Below the pieces are notes generated by a model. The model saw nothing but the letters and a program-made list of their open reading frames with translations. It was not told where the DNA came from and ran no database searches. The position numbers and the translations under genes were made by a program. Positions 47,674-57,523 of a stretch of 64,000 bases of DNA are shown in pieces; position 1 is the first letter of the stretch; each line of letters opens with the position of its first letter. Location: positions 284,702-348,701 of IMG/VR virus record IMGVR_UViG_3300023174_000038. One strand, written 5' to 3'.

Positions 47674-48105
47674 TTAAATATCACCATCCTTACGATGTTC
47701 TGAGTGGTAAGCATCAAATGACCCGCCGGGATATCTAGACTCAAGTTTTTTAATATTTTCTTGAATCACATGATTTGGATCTACATTGAGGGCCCTGCAG
47801 GCTGTAATCCAGTACCACATAATGTCACCTAATTCCCTAACCATATGGTAGGCATTCTCATCAGTTAATGGTTTACCCTGAAAAAACATCTTTTTGGGCA
47901 CTTCAATAAACTCACCTGCTTCAGCCGCTAATCCAAGACAAGCGGTTAATAACAATGGTACATTGATATCAGGACCATGTACCCCATCACCAATGTAATT
48001 AGCATCTAGCTCATCACACCGGTCCATAAACGTAGTCAAGTCATTGCTTGCTTTGCTTGTTACTGCTTCTACAAAATCTTTGTATTTGTTCAAATCAATA
48101 TTCAT
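47674..48105 (-). CDS. mazG: MazG-like nucleotide pyrophosphohydrolase
   Basis: LGLAAEAGEF.E..KK, ELGDIMWY, N..KL..RYP. Confidence 0.85.
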   Translation of the reverse strand: MNIDLNKYKDFVEAVTSKASNDLTTFMDRCDELDANYIGDGVHGPDINVPLLLTACLGLAAEAGEFIEVPKKMFFQGKPLTDENAYHMVRELGDIMWYWITACRALNVDPNHVIQENIKKLESRYPGGSFDAYHSEHRKDGDI

Positions 48106-48284
48106 ACTAAATCCTTAAACATTTGTTTCCTACCTTCTTCTCCTACTAGCGCATCAAATAGTTCTCGGACACGCTGTAGCATAACACAATTAAACATAAG
48201 TAACTCACGCCTATCATCACACATATAAATTTGCTGGTCTATAGGCTTAATTAATTCTTCCATTCGTTCTTGTATATCACTCAT
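48102..48284 (-). CDS. Hypothetical small protein
   Basis: 60 aa, coupled on both sides. Confidence 0.55.
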   Translation of the reverse strand: MSDIQERMEELIKPIDQQIYMCDDRRELLMFNCVMLQRVRELFDALVGEEGRKQMFKDLV

Positions 48285-49474
48285 TAAAATGCTTTCAAAA
48301 TAATCATTGCGTCATTAAACCTACCATTAGGTGTTGTACTAACTGCTTTAATATCTTTAAAATACTTACGTGCGGCTGGCTTGCTACCCATAACTTCTTT
48401 AATCTGTTCACTAGGTTTACGTAATGTCTTTACTTCACTTTGTGCAGTATCAAATCCTAACAACGTGCTACCTTTAACTGTAAAGGTTTTGCTATAATCA
48501 TCGGCAATGTAATGATGTAACTTGCGCTTTGCAGTGTCATATACCCATGCTTCACTTGCACCATGAAGCTTAATTGGGCTAATACTTACTAAATCAAGTT
48601 TACTTGCAGTATCTTTAAATGTTTTAAGATACTTAAGTTTTGCTACTTGTTTCTCCACTGGTACTGCCTTACGTGCCCTAGGAGCTTTTGCGGCTTTCTT
48701 AACACTAATGTAACTGTTCAAGTCACTAATAACTAACTCAATAAACTTTACAACGTTTTTCAGTTGTGTTTTAGTCAAGTGTGAATATCCCTGTACTAGT
48801 TGTGCATCAGTACCTTTTAATACTTCTTCAATTTCATTTAGTTTCTTTTTCCATACATCGGTTAACAAACTGATATGTTGTGGCATTACATTCTTTTTAG
48901 CGACTTCATCCATTGGTCGTAATGTATGTTTTGTACTAGCACCTGATGTAATATATTCATCAAACAATCCTTCAAGTTCACCGCCGGCTTCACGTGCTTT
49001 ATCTTTAAGAATGTCCTGAATATTGGGACGTGCAGTAACTGGTGCACCGGTCACTGTTGCTTCAATAACTTCAGGCTTGTTTACTGTTTCCAATAAACGT
49101 TTGATTTCATTTTGCAATGTATCTGATTCGGTTTCAGATAGTTCTAGTCCACGCAATTCCATACGTGCTAACCAGGCTAGAGTATTGATACATTCTTTCT
49201 CATCAATCTTACGCATGATTTTAGCCTCTTGTGGGCGTTCACGTAGGTCTAAGTATTGTGCTAAGAATTCTTTAGCATCTTTTTTACCATAGAATCTTCC
49301 ATACCAGGTGAAACTACGCATAAGTGCTACTCGGCGTCTATCTGGATCGGGTTGTACGGCAAACATAGGTTCAGGGCCTAAGTATTCAGTGTCCGGGTCT
49401 CTGGGGTTAAGTGTCTTAACCTGTGAATAATCACTAGCTTTAATGATTTTCTTTGCGGGTTTACGTGTTGCCAT
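48284..49474 (-). CDS. Hypothetical early protein (basic)
   Basis: 396 aa, AGGAG SD, consensus sigma70 promoter upstream. Confidence 0.7.
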   Translation of the reverse strand: MATRKPAKKIIKASDYSQVKTLNPRDPDTEYLGPEPMFAVQPDPDRRRVALMRSFTWYGRFYGKKDAKEFLAQYLDLRERPQEAKIMRKIDEKECINTLAWLARMELRGLELSETESDTLQNEIKRLLETVNKPEVIEATVTGAPVTARPNIQDILKDKAREAGGELEGLFDEYITSGASTKHTLRPMDEVAKKNVMPQHISLLTDVWKKKLNEIEEVLKGTDAQLVQGYSHLTKTQLKNVVKFIELVISDLNSYISVKKAAKAPRARKAVPVEKQVAKLKYLKTFKDTASKLDLVSISPIKLHGASEAWVYDTAKRKLHHYIADDYSKTFTVKGSTLLGFDTAQSEVKTLRKPSEQIKEVMGSKPAARKYFKDIKAVSTTPNGRFNDAMIILKAF

Positions 49475-49506
49475 TAAGTTCTCCTAAATTTATAGCGCAT
49501 TTATGT

Positions 49507-49535
49507 ATTATAGCAGATGTTCCATTTGTTGTCAA
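49507..49535 (-). promoter_or_regulatory. Consensus sigma70 promoter
   Basis: TTGACA-17 nt-TATAAT with TGn extension. Confidence 0.85.
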
Positions 49536-49599
49536 CCTTAAAATTAACCCATTTTCTAATTCTATTTACTGAACCGACTATAAACGATAAATAATAGAT

Positions 49600-51318
49600 A
49601 TGCCTAGACTCTCACTATATCACCCCACGAAATCAAATGATTATCGTTTCTTTGATAGGACAATATCAGAGATGTTTACTGTTGGTGCCACTGATTTATA
49701 TATCCATAAATATTTGGGTCCTACAGATCAGGGTGCAAGTATTGATTATACACAACCACAATATGATATATTAGATCCTACTAATATACAGGATTTATTA
49801 TTTTTAGAGAATAGAGATAGGACATATGATCCTAATATTTATAGATTACGTGGACATTATAATGTACAGAATTTAGATTTTGATTTAAGTCAATTTGGTT
49901 TATTCTTAAATAACGACATTATCTTTATTACTATTCATTATAATGATATGATTGATTTAATTGGTCGTAAGTTAATGGTAGGTGATGTATTAGAATTACC
50001 TCATCTATTAGATTATAATCCATTAAAAGAAACCATACCAGTAGCTTTAAAAAGATTCTATCAGATTACTGATGGTAATTTTGCTAGTGAAGGATTTAGT
50101 CCCACATGGTATCCGCATTTATGGCGTATTAAGTGTGAACCATTAGTTGATAGTGAAGAATTTAGTCAGATATTAGCCGAGCCAATTGATCAGGATAATT
50201 ATCTTGGATTATGGGATGCTACTAGAACATATCCAGCTGGTTATACTATTACATTTGGTGATAAGAATTATATATCTACACAAGAAGTACCAATTGGTAT
50301 TAGTCCTCCAAATACAGTATTTTGGGAACTTGATCCTAATCAAAATCTTAAAGATATTCTTGCTACATATAATAAAAATCTACAAATCAATAATGCTATT
50401 ATTGAAGAGGCTGATAGATTAGTACCTAAATCAGGGTATGATAGAAGTAATTTATATATTGTACCTACATATGGTGAGTTTGAAACTAATACAGAATTAT
50501 CAGGTAAATATAATCAACCTGCTCCACCAATAAATGTTCTTGCTAATAATGGTGGTGCACCTGTTGTTGCAACCGGAGTAGTATCAATAGTACGTAGTGC
50601 AAATTACAAAAACGCAAGTCCTATACTACGTATACCTAAAGCAACAATACAAAGTATTTGGGATATGTCAGCAGACATGACATTTGATCCATTACAAGTT
50701 GCAAGACAAATCAATTTAGAAACTGCTACAATTGCACCAACAGTCATTGGTAATGGTTCAGGAGCAGTTGAAGGGGAAGTAGTATTAACTGCATTACCAA
50801 CAGGACCGATTACAGGACCATATGGTACATCAGATAACACATATGCATTTGCCGATCAGAATCCAGTAGCACCAAACTTTACTGGAACACAACCATATGG
50901 TCCAAATACAATGGACTATCGTGCGGATTGCGATCCAAGATTCCAATTCATTGCACGTAGTAGCCCAAGAAGTTTTGGATATACAACTGGTTACTTAGAT
51001 GGTACAGGCGAAGCACCAAACGGATTCCCAACAGGAGCAGGTATTGCTTTCCCACAAAATCCACAAGTAGGTGCATATTTCTTACGTACAGATTATCTAC
51101 CTCAAATTCTCTATCGTTGGGATGGAAGAATATGGGTTCGTATATCTAAAAACGTCAGAACACAAACAGGATTCACTGAGGGAGATTTGTCACAACAATC
51201 TAGCTTCATAAATAACAGTAATGTTACAGTAACAACAAATGGTACAGAGATACCACAAAAACAAGCGTTGTCAACTATTTTGACAATAGCACCAGATTCA
51301 ATTCCACCGGTAATATAA
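49600..51318 (+). CDS. Neck/head closure protein (gp14-like) with extra domains
   Basis: IHKYLG, IQDLLFLENRDR.YD, DLSQFGLFL, GDVLELPHL, PHLWRIKC. Confidence 0.75.
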   Translation: MPRLSLYHPTKSNDYRFFDRTISEMFTVGATDLYIHKYLGPTDQGASIDYTQPQYDILDPTNIQDLLFLENRDRTYDPNIYRLRGHYNVQNLDFDLSQFGLFLNNDIIFITIHYNDMIDLIGRKLMVGDVLELPHLLDYNPLKETIPVALKRFYQITDGNFASEGFSPTWYPHLWRIKCEPLVDSEEFSQILAEPIDQDNYLGLWDATRTYPAGYTITFGDKNYISTQEVPIGISPPNTVFWELDPNQNLKDILATYNKNLQINNAIIEEADRLVPKSGYDRSNLYIVPTYGEFETNTELSGKYNQPAPPINVLANNGGAPVVATGVVSIVRSANYKNASPILRIPKATIQSIWDMSADMTFDPLQVARQINLETATIAPTVIGNGSGAVEGEVVLTALPTGPITGPYGTSDNTYAFADQNPVAPNFTGTQPYGPNTMDYRADCDPRFQFIARSSPRSFGYTTGYLDGTGEAPNGFPTGAGIAFPQNPQVGAYFLRTDYLPQILYRWDGRIWVRISKNVRTQTGFTEGDLSQQSSFINNSNVTVTTNGTEIPQKQALSTILTIAPDSIPPVI

Positions 51319-51321
51319 TAT

Positions 51322-52698
51322 ATGGCAGCTTTCTTTTATGATAATCAGGTCCGCAGATTTCTAATTCAATTTGGTAAAATTTTTAGTAATTGGTATGTTA
51401 CTAAAGGTAAAGATCCTGCAGGTAATGAAATACTCGTCCGTGTACCAATTATGTACGGTGATAGTAGTCGTCAAGCGGCTACTATCATTGCTAATAATAG
51501 TGCTAGTAATTTACCTAGCGCACCACTAATCACTTATTACATTACTGGTTTAGAATATGACCAACGCAGAACACAAGATCCTACATTTATTGATAAGATT
51601 CAAGTTCGTCAACGTAGCTATAACGCAGAAACACAAAGTTATGAAACTGTACAAGGACAAGCATTTACTGTAGAAAGATTAATGCCAGTACCCTATACAT
51701 TACGTATAAGTGTAGATTTGTGGACAACTAACTATAATCAAAAACTACAATTGATTGAACAACTTGGTACATTGTTTAACCCATCAATGGAAATACAAAG
51801 TACTGATAACTTTATTGATTGGACTTCACTAAGTGTTGTTTACCAAGATGGACTAACATTCAGTAGTCGTAGCATACCACAAGGTACAGGCAATCCTATT
51901 GATGTAATGAGTTGGAAATTTTATATGCCTATATGGATTAGCAATGCCGCTAAACTTAAAAAGATGGGTGTTATTGAAAAGATTATTGCAAGTATCTTCT
52001 CTGGTAAAGCACTAGATGATATACAGAATGACGATTTATTATTGGGTACAAGACAAAAGATTACACCATACGGATATAAATTGTTATTGATAGGTAATAG
52101 TTTACAATTATTACCAGCTAATCAGGATTTCTATCCAAGTAATGAAGATTTAGATTTACCACCTAGTCCTAATACAAGTTTATATTGGAGTAGTCTATTA
52201 AATGTATATGGTACATTAAGACCGGGCATTAGTCAGATATGGTTACAGAATCCATATATGGATACAGAGATTGTTGGTACAATTGTACCCGACCCAGTTG
52301 ATGATAGATTATTGATATATGATATTGACCCAGATACCCTGCCTCAAAATACATTGGATCCCGTAGACAGCGTGATTAACCCATTAGTCACAGGACCAAA
52401 TGCAGGGTTACCTCCCGCAGAAAATGGAATGAGATATCTTATTGTAGATAACATTGGTCATGAAGGTGATACAACCATTGCATGGGGTAATGTAATAGCA
52501 TATGCTAATGACATTATTGAATATGATGGTAGTATGGGAGAATGGTTTGTATCATTTGATAGTGCCCAGGCTACTACGGTAGAATATGTTACCAATTTAA
52601 CAACCAGTATTCAATATCGTTATGTCAATACTGAAGGTGCATGGATGAAATCGTGGGAAGGCTGGTACGATCAGGGTGATTATAGTATTGTAATCTAA
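51322..52698 (+). CDS. Tail terminator/sheath stabiliser (gp15-like)
   Basis: FFYDNQVRRFLIQFGKIFS, VPIMYG, PVPYTL..SVDLW, QLIEQL..LFNP. Confidence 0.8.
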   Translation: MAAFFYDNQVRRFLIQFGKIFSNWYVTKGKDPAGNEILVRVPIMYGDSSRQAATIIANNSASNLPSAPLITYYITGLEYDQRRTQDPTFIDKIQVRQRSYNAETQSYETVQGQAFTVERLMPVPYTLRISVDLWTTNYNQKLQLIEQLGTLFNPSMEIQSTDNFIDWTSLSVVYQDGLTFSSRSIPQGTGNPIDVMSWKFYMPIWISNAAKLKKMGVIEKIIASIFSGKALDDIQNDDLLLGTRQKITPYGYKLLLIGNSLQLLPANQDFYPSNEDLDLPPSPNTSLYWSSLLNVYGTLRPGISQIWLQNPYMDTEIVGTIVPDPVDDRLLIYDIDPDTLPQNTLDPVDSVINPLVTGPNAGLPPAENGMRYLIVDNIGHEGDTTIAWGNVIAYANDIIEYDGSMGEWFVSFDSAQATTVEYVTNLTTSIQYRYVNTEGAWMKSWEGWYDQGDYSIVI

Positions 52699-52716
52699 TT
52701 TACTTTATGCTATAAT
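52688..52716 (+). promoter_or_regulatory. Sigma70-type promoter of NUDIX gene
   Basis: TTGTAA-17-TATAAT with TGn. Confidence 0.65.
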
Positions 52717-52726
52717 GTCTTAGCAT

Positions 52727-53143
52727 ATGAACAATATCTCGGCAGGCGTTTTCTTTTACGCTAAAAACACACAACGATTCTTATATCTACTTAGAACGGA
52801 CAACAAAAATCCGGGTAATTGGGGTATACCAGGTGGTAAGATTGAGAATGGTGAAACATTACTTGTGGGTATTGAAAGAGAATGTACGGAAGAAATTGGA
52901 TACTTCCCTAAAAATCCAAAACTAGTACCAATACAAAAGTTTGTTAATAATACATTTACATATCATACATTCTTTTGTGCAATAGATGAAGAATTTATCC
53001 CAGTATTAAATTATGAACATTGCGGATATGCATGGGTAGGTGATACTCAATATCCTAAACCATTACATCCCGGATTGTTTAGTACAGTAAATTTTGATGT
53101 TGTGCAGAAGAAATTAAAAGCACTTACGAAAAAACGGTCCTAA
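52727..53143 (+). CDS. NUDIX hydrolase
   Basis: WGIPGGKIENGETLLVGIERECTEEIG Nudix box. Confidence 0.9.
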   Translation: MNNISAGVFFYAKNTQRFLYLLRTDNKNPGNWGIPGGKIENGETLLVGIERECTEEIGYFPKNPKLVPIQKFVNNTFTYHTFFCAIDEEFIPVLNYEHCGYAWVGDTQYPKPLHPGLFSTVNFDVVQKKLKALTKKRS

Positions 53144-53155
53144 GACCGTTTTTTT
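53129..53155. terminator. Bidirectional terminator between convergent genes
   Basis: AAAAAACGGTC-CTAA-GACCGTTTTTT. Confidence 0.8.
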
Positions 53156-53468
53156 ATTTTAGTAGTTTTGCTATTGTATCAAAACCAAGTGACCCTATCA
53201 CTATGCCTGCCCCCATCATCATCCATCTCCACTTTTCTAGTGCAGAGACTTTTGATCCCAGTTCCTTATGAGCAATAACATCTTCGTTACGCATATTATT
53301 TAGAAGTGTTCTAGTTTCTTCTGCGTTACGGTCAAGACATTCATGCATCTCTTTAAGACTACTTTTGATTTCGCTGACATCTTGTTCAATGTTTTTAAAT
53401 TGAACTTGAAGTACAGCGATATCAGTTTTAGTAGTCTGTGCCGGCATCTTAATAGTTTTCGTAATCAT
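53154..53468 (-). CDS. Coiled-coil protein with C-terminal TM helix (XhlA/holin-like)
   Basis: Heptad region then WRWMMMGAGIVIG. Confidence 0.55.
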   Translation of the reverse strand: MITKTIKMPAQTTKTDIAVLQVQFKNIEQDVSEIKSSLKEMHECLDRNAEETRTLLNNMRNEDVIAHKELGSKVSALEKWRWMMMGAGIVIGSLGFDTIAKLLK

Positions 53469-54862
53469 TAAGCATTAGCAATCGTTACGATTGGGTTAGG
53501 CTGACCGTTAGCAGCATTAGCGGCGTAAGCAGTATTGAATGTAGCAATAACGTCAGGGTTAACGCTATAAACAACAGCAGTACCTGTACCAGATCCTGAA
53601 GCAGTAGCAGTAAATGTTACACCTGTCATATTAGATGATGCACCAACTGCTGTCCAGTTAGTTGTACCAGTAGAATAAATTGTATATACTGTACCTGCTG
53701 ATATTGATCCGGCTGCAACTTGCGCTGGGAATATTTCACTGTTATAATCATTAATACTTGAAACATATGCTGTAGCTGATGCATCATCAGTAGAAAGAAT
53801 GTTCATTGTATTTGGTGTCAATGCTGTATTTGCTACGTTAGCAGTATAGCATTGTGCTGTTAAACCAGTTGTACCACCTGTAACTAGATATTTTGTTTTG
53901 CCTTTTTGACGAACAATATAACCAGCTTCATCATTAGCATAAACATATGCGGCATTACTTGCTACAACATTTGCATTAGCTGTTAATACAACACGATTCA
54001 TAAGAGCATTGGCTGTTACAGACGCATTGGCTGTGACAGCTTGTACAGCACCACCTTGACTAGTAGAAACCGTGAACGCGGCTGCGTTAGCAATAGTTTT
54101 AACAAAATATGTTGTACCTGTAGTTAAACCACCAAAATTAGCACTAAACTGAATTGGCATATCTTCTATAAGAGTTTGTGCATTACCTGAAGTTCCAATA
54201 ATGCTACCTGATACTGTAGTATTTGCTACTGCAACACTAACATTACCTTTTGTTGCACTTGCAAAACCTAGATTAACATAATCAGTACTACCATTAATAT
54301 TAGCAACAGCAACTTGAAGTGCTGCGCCAGTAGTCAAATTAGCTAAATCAGTACCTACACCTACTACTACATTACTAGTGTTAACCGCTACTGGTGTGTA
54401 TAATGTACCTGTTCCATTAATACCAATTGCAACTTGTGCTAATACTTGTTTACCAACAATAGCTGTATTACCACCAACTACACCGTATGTAGCTGAGTTA
54501 GTTGCCGGAAAACCTGCACCGGATACTGGGTTATTGAAATAAGCATCAACAACACCAAATGACACTCTAACTGATTGAGTAGTAGTATCAGTCATTGTTG
54601 CCAAAACTTGCGGTTGAACACTTAAGTCTGTTGCAGATACACTAAATGTAGTATTTGATAATATTACATTTACGAAATATGTAACACCTGCTGTTAGACC
54701 ACCAACTGTAGTAGCTACTTGGAATGGCATTCCTTTAGCTACACCAACTGTTGGACTAGTTGTTAGATTTCCACCTGATACTGTAACGATACTGCCTGTT
54801 TGTGCTGTATCAGTAATTGTTAAGACTGCTTGAGCCTTTGCGATTTTTAGAGGACGTCCCAT
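53468..54862 (-). CDS. Virion structural protein
   Basis: 464 aa T/A/V/N/G-rich, repeated GGLT.GTTYFV motif, strong SD, late promoter. Confidence 0.65.
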   Translation of the reverse strand: MGRPLKIAKAQAVLTITDTAQTGSIVTVSGGNLTTSPTVGVAKGMPFQVATTVGGLTAGVTYFVNVILSNTTFSVSATDLSVQPQVLATMTDTTTQSVRVSFGVVDAYFNNPVSGAGFPATNSATYGVVGGNTAIVGKQVLAQVAIGINGTGTLYTPVAVNTSNVVVGVGTDLANLTTGAALQVAVANINGSTDYVNLGFASATKGNVSVAVANTTVSGSIIGTSGNAQTLIEDMPIQFSANFGGLTTGTTYFVKTIANAAAFTVSTSQGGAVQAVTANASVTANALMNRVVLTANANVVASNAAYVYANDEAGYIVRQKGKTKYLVTGGTTGLTAQCYTANVANTALTPNTMNILSTDDASATAYVSSINDYNSEIFPAQVAAGSISAGTVYTIYSTGTTNWTAVGASSNMTGVTFTATASGSGTGTAVVYSVNPDVIATFNTAYAANAANGQPNPIVTIANA

Positions 54863-54871
54863 TTGATTTTC

Positions 54872-54952
54872 CTTTATAAAATTAGCGGGTTCTAGCCGCT
54901 ACGCAGTGGGTTACTGCATAAACTCTCCGAATGAGAATGTATTATATATTTA
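54872..54952 (-). promoter_or_regulatory. Late promoter with three-hairpin 5' leader
   Basis: TAAATA then stems ATTCTC/GAGAGT, TGCAGT/ACTGCG, TAGCGG/CCGCTA before AAAGGA SD. Confidence 0.6.
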
Positions 54953-54968
54953 TCTAAAAAGGTAAAAT

Positions 54969-55523
54969 TTAAGACAGAGGTCCGCCCAATGCCGGTGTAG
55001 CATTTACACCAGATGTACCTGTATTAGGATGAGGGGCTCCTAATTCGGTAATACTTATCTGATCGGTGCCGGCGCCGTTTTTAAGAAATGATACGATATT
55101 ACCTTGGCCTACAATAATACTATTTAAAATAGTATTTTTAGGAATAATAGTGCTGTTAGCATCTGCTATTGTGTATGGAACACCATATGGATTATATCTT
55201 GCTGTTGCATTACTAATTGCTACGGCTGAATTAGTAGTCAGTGTCAGGCTTATATTATTGGCGATTGCTTTTACAACACCTGCAGTATTTCCTGCAGTAT
55301 TACCAATCCAGGCACCAACATTTAATTGAGTAGTAAATGATGTTCCTGATCCAGTTACTGTATTACTATTTGTTGCACAAGTTAATGTACCTGTCAATGC
55401 AACATTGGGGAAACTAGTTGTGTATTGAATTGCAGTATCAGTTGTAGCAATTTGTACTTTATCAGTAGCAATGTTTCCTGATGTTATTACTGCTGAACTC
55501 GGTGTATATACATATGATGCCAT
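54969..55523 (-). CDS. Virion structural protein (fibre-associated)
   Basis: 184 aa Thr/Asn-rich, VTGSGTSFT motif. Confidence 0.6.
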   Translation of the reverse strand: MASYVYTPSSAVITSGNIATDKVQIATTDTAIQYTTSFPNVALTGTLTCATNSNTVTGSGTSFTTQLNVGAWIGNTAGNTAGVVKAIANNISLTLTTNSAVAISNATARYNPYGVPYTIADANSTIIPKNTILNSIIVGQGNIVSFLKNGAGTDQISITELGAPHPNTGTSGVNATPALGGPLS

Positions 55524-55541
55524 TTTATTTTTCCTATTATT

Positions 55542-57479
55542 TTAAAGTCTGCCGACTGCTACTTCAATGATACCTTCTATACCATCAAAGTTTTCTAATG
55601 ATTTACCAATTACTGTACCCAATATTGGAAAGAGTGCTTGCCGTGCAAAGCCATAACCTGCACTAACAAGCATATCACCCTTTTTAATATTTCCACGTAC
55701 TTTACATGGAACACGACCTTGTAATGCTAACGCAACTGTATGTTCACCTGCACATGCGCTATTCATTACATATGCTGGATTAGTTGAGACTATGCCTGCA
55801 ACCTTTGTTGTAGCATCATCTGCTATAGTAACTTCTTTTTCACCGCCGAATGCCAATACAGTACCCGGTTCATAATGTTGGTCAGCTTCGTAATATTCTG
55901 CTAAGTCAGCATAGGTTGCTAGTAATCTAGAACCAGTAGTTAATGACCAATTACCAGTAATATTACCTACTGTAACGTTAGATCCTGTTGTAAGATTTGC
56001 ACCATAGAATGTTGCCGCACCAGTTCCTACTTGACCAGTATATGTTGGTAAATATGCCGCAACATTTGAATTACTATATGCACCTGCAAAACTTATTGAT
56101 ACACCATTAGCATAGTAATAATTATCTGTTTTAATACCACCAGTAGCTACGTTAGCAGATACCGTTAAACTAGTTAATGTACCTGTACTAGTAATATTGG
56201 GTTGTGCCGCGGTATATACTGTTCCAGCTACTAATGCATTAGCTACTTGACCTGATATGTTAGCGGCTGGTATAGATGTTAATCCAGTTGCCGCACCATA
56301 ATGTGTGCCAGTTACATTAGCACCACTTATATTGCCTGTAACTGCTAATGATGTTAGTGTACCTACACTCGTGATATTTGGTTGTGCCGCGGTATACACA
56401 GTACCTGCTACTAATGCATTAGCTACTTGTCCGGATACATTAGCTCCGGCTACTGAGTTAGCAGTACCTGCTGTTACCGCATATGTTGCGTTAGCAACTG
56501 TACCTGTAACGTTAGCACCTGGTATTGATGTTAATCCAGTGCCTGTTCCAAAATGATTACCAATTAAGTTTGCACCACTTATATTACCAGTAACTGCAAG
56601 TGAAGTTAATGTTCCCACTGAAGTAACGTTAGGTTGTGCCGCAGTTGTTAATGTACCAGTAACTAATGTACCTATTACATTTCCAGCTGTTACATTACCG
56701 GGAATAGCTACTGCGCCTGTAATTTTATTGAATGTAAATCCCGCATTGCCTTGAATTACATTATTATCGTTAAATTGAATTGTAGTATTACTACCACCGG
56801 CTGCACTAGTTCCAGCACCACCTACACTAGCAATTACTCTACCACCGCTTGTATATGTTGTGTATCCACTAGTATCTACTGGAGTAGTTAATCCGGAATC
56901 TGAATATAATGAAAAGGTATTAGAAGTTAGTACATTTACATAATAACTATTACCATTAAGCTGTGTCATACCAAGAACATTAGTAATGGTTATTGCGGCG
57001 CCCTCAGTAAAGAAATTATCTTGTGTAGTAGTTACTACGCCCGGATTAGCTTTTGTTACAGCACTAATATATGCAGTAATTGTTGATTTAGGTGTCCAAC
57101 TTAAATTACCTACACCATCTGTTTCTAAAACGTAACCAATAGCACCGCCGGTAATAGTAATATTACCAACACTTCCTAAATTTATTTCCCCACCAGCTGA
57201 TCCACCTTTGTTAACCCAATTAGTTCCGTCATAACTCAATACTTGACCAGAGCCGGCTGCTACAATATTTAAATTGCCTTCACTGCCATTAATTTGACTA
57301 AAAGTTATGTTTGAATATGCAGTTAATACTTCAACATTTTCGTTTGGATTGGGTGTTGTAGTACCTATAAAAAGACGTTTAGCGTCATTAGCCCAACCTA
57401 ATTGGGCTTCATCTAATTGTGGCAGGTCTACAAGGTTACCTGTACGTTGTTGGATTTTAGATATCTGTATAATGGCCAT
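55542..57479 (-). CDS. Tail fibre/spike with C-terminal intramolecular-chaperone-like domain
   Basis: N-terminal LPQLDEAQLGWA.D..RLFIG; AQPNITS repeats; C-terminal YADLAEYY...GRVPCKV..GD.LV. Confidence 0.75.
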   Translation of the reverse strand: MAIIQISKIQQRTGNLVDLPQLDEAQLGWANDAKRLFIGTTTPNPNENVEVLTAYSNITFSQINGSEGNLNIVAAGSGQVLSYDGTNWVNKGGSAGGEINLGSVGNITITGGAIGYVLETDGVGNLSWTPKSTITAYISAVTKANPGVVTTTQDNFFTEGAAITITNVLGMTQLNGNSYYVNVLTSNTFSLYSDSGLTTPVDTSGYTTYTSGGRVIASVGGAGTSAAGGSNTTIQFNDNNVIQGNAGFTFNKITGAVAIPGNVTAGNVIGTLVTGTLTTAAQPNVTSVGTLTSLAVTGNISGANLIGNHFGTGTGLTSIPGANVTGTVANATYAVTAGTANSVAGANVSGQVANALVAGTVYTAAQPNITSVGTLTSLAVTGNISGANVTGTHYGAATGLTSIPAANISGQVANALVAGTVYTAAQPNITSTGTLTSLTVSANVATGGIKTDNYYYANGVSISFAGAYSNSNVAAYLPTYTGQVGTGAATFYGANLTTGSNVTVGNITGNWSLTTGSRLLATYADLAEYYEADQHYEPGTVLAFGGEKEVTIADDATTKVAGIVSTNPAYVMNSACAGEHTVALALQGRVPCKVRGNIKKGDMLVSAGYGFARQALFPILGTVIGKSLENFDGIEGIIEVAVGRL

Positions 57480-57523
57480 AAGTATAATTCTTTAGAAGAT
57501 TTATACTTATTTATCATTATTTC

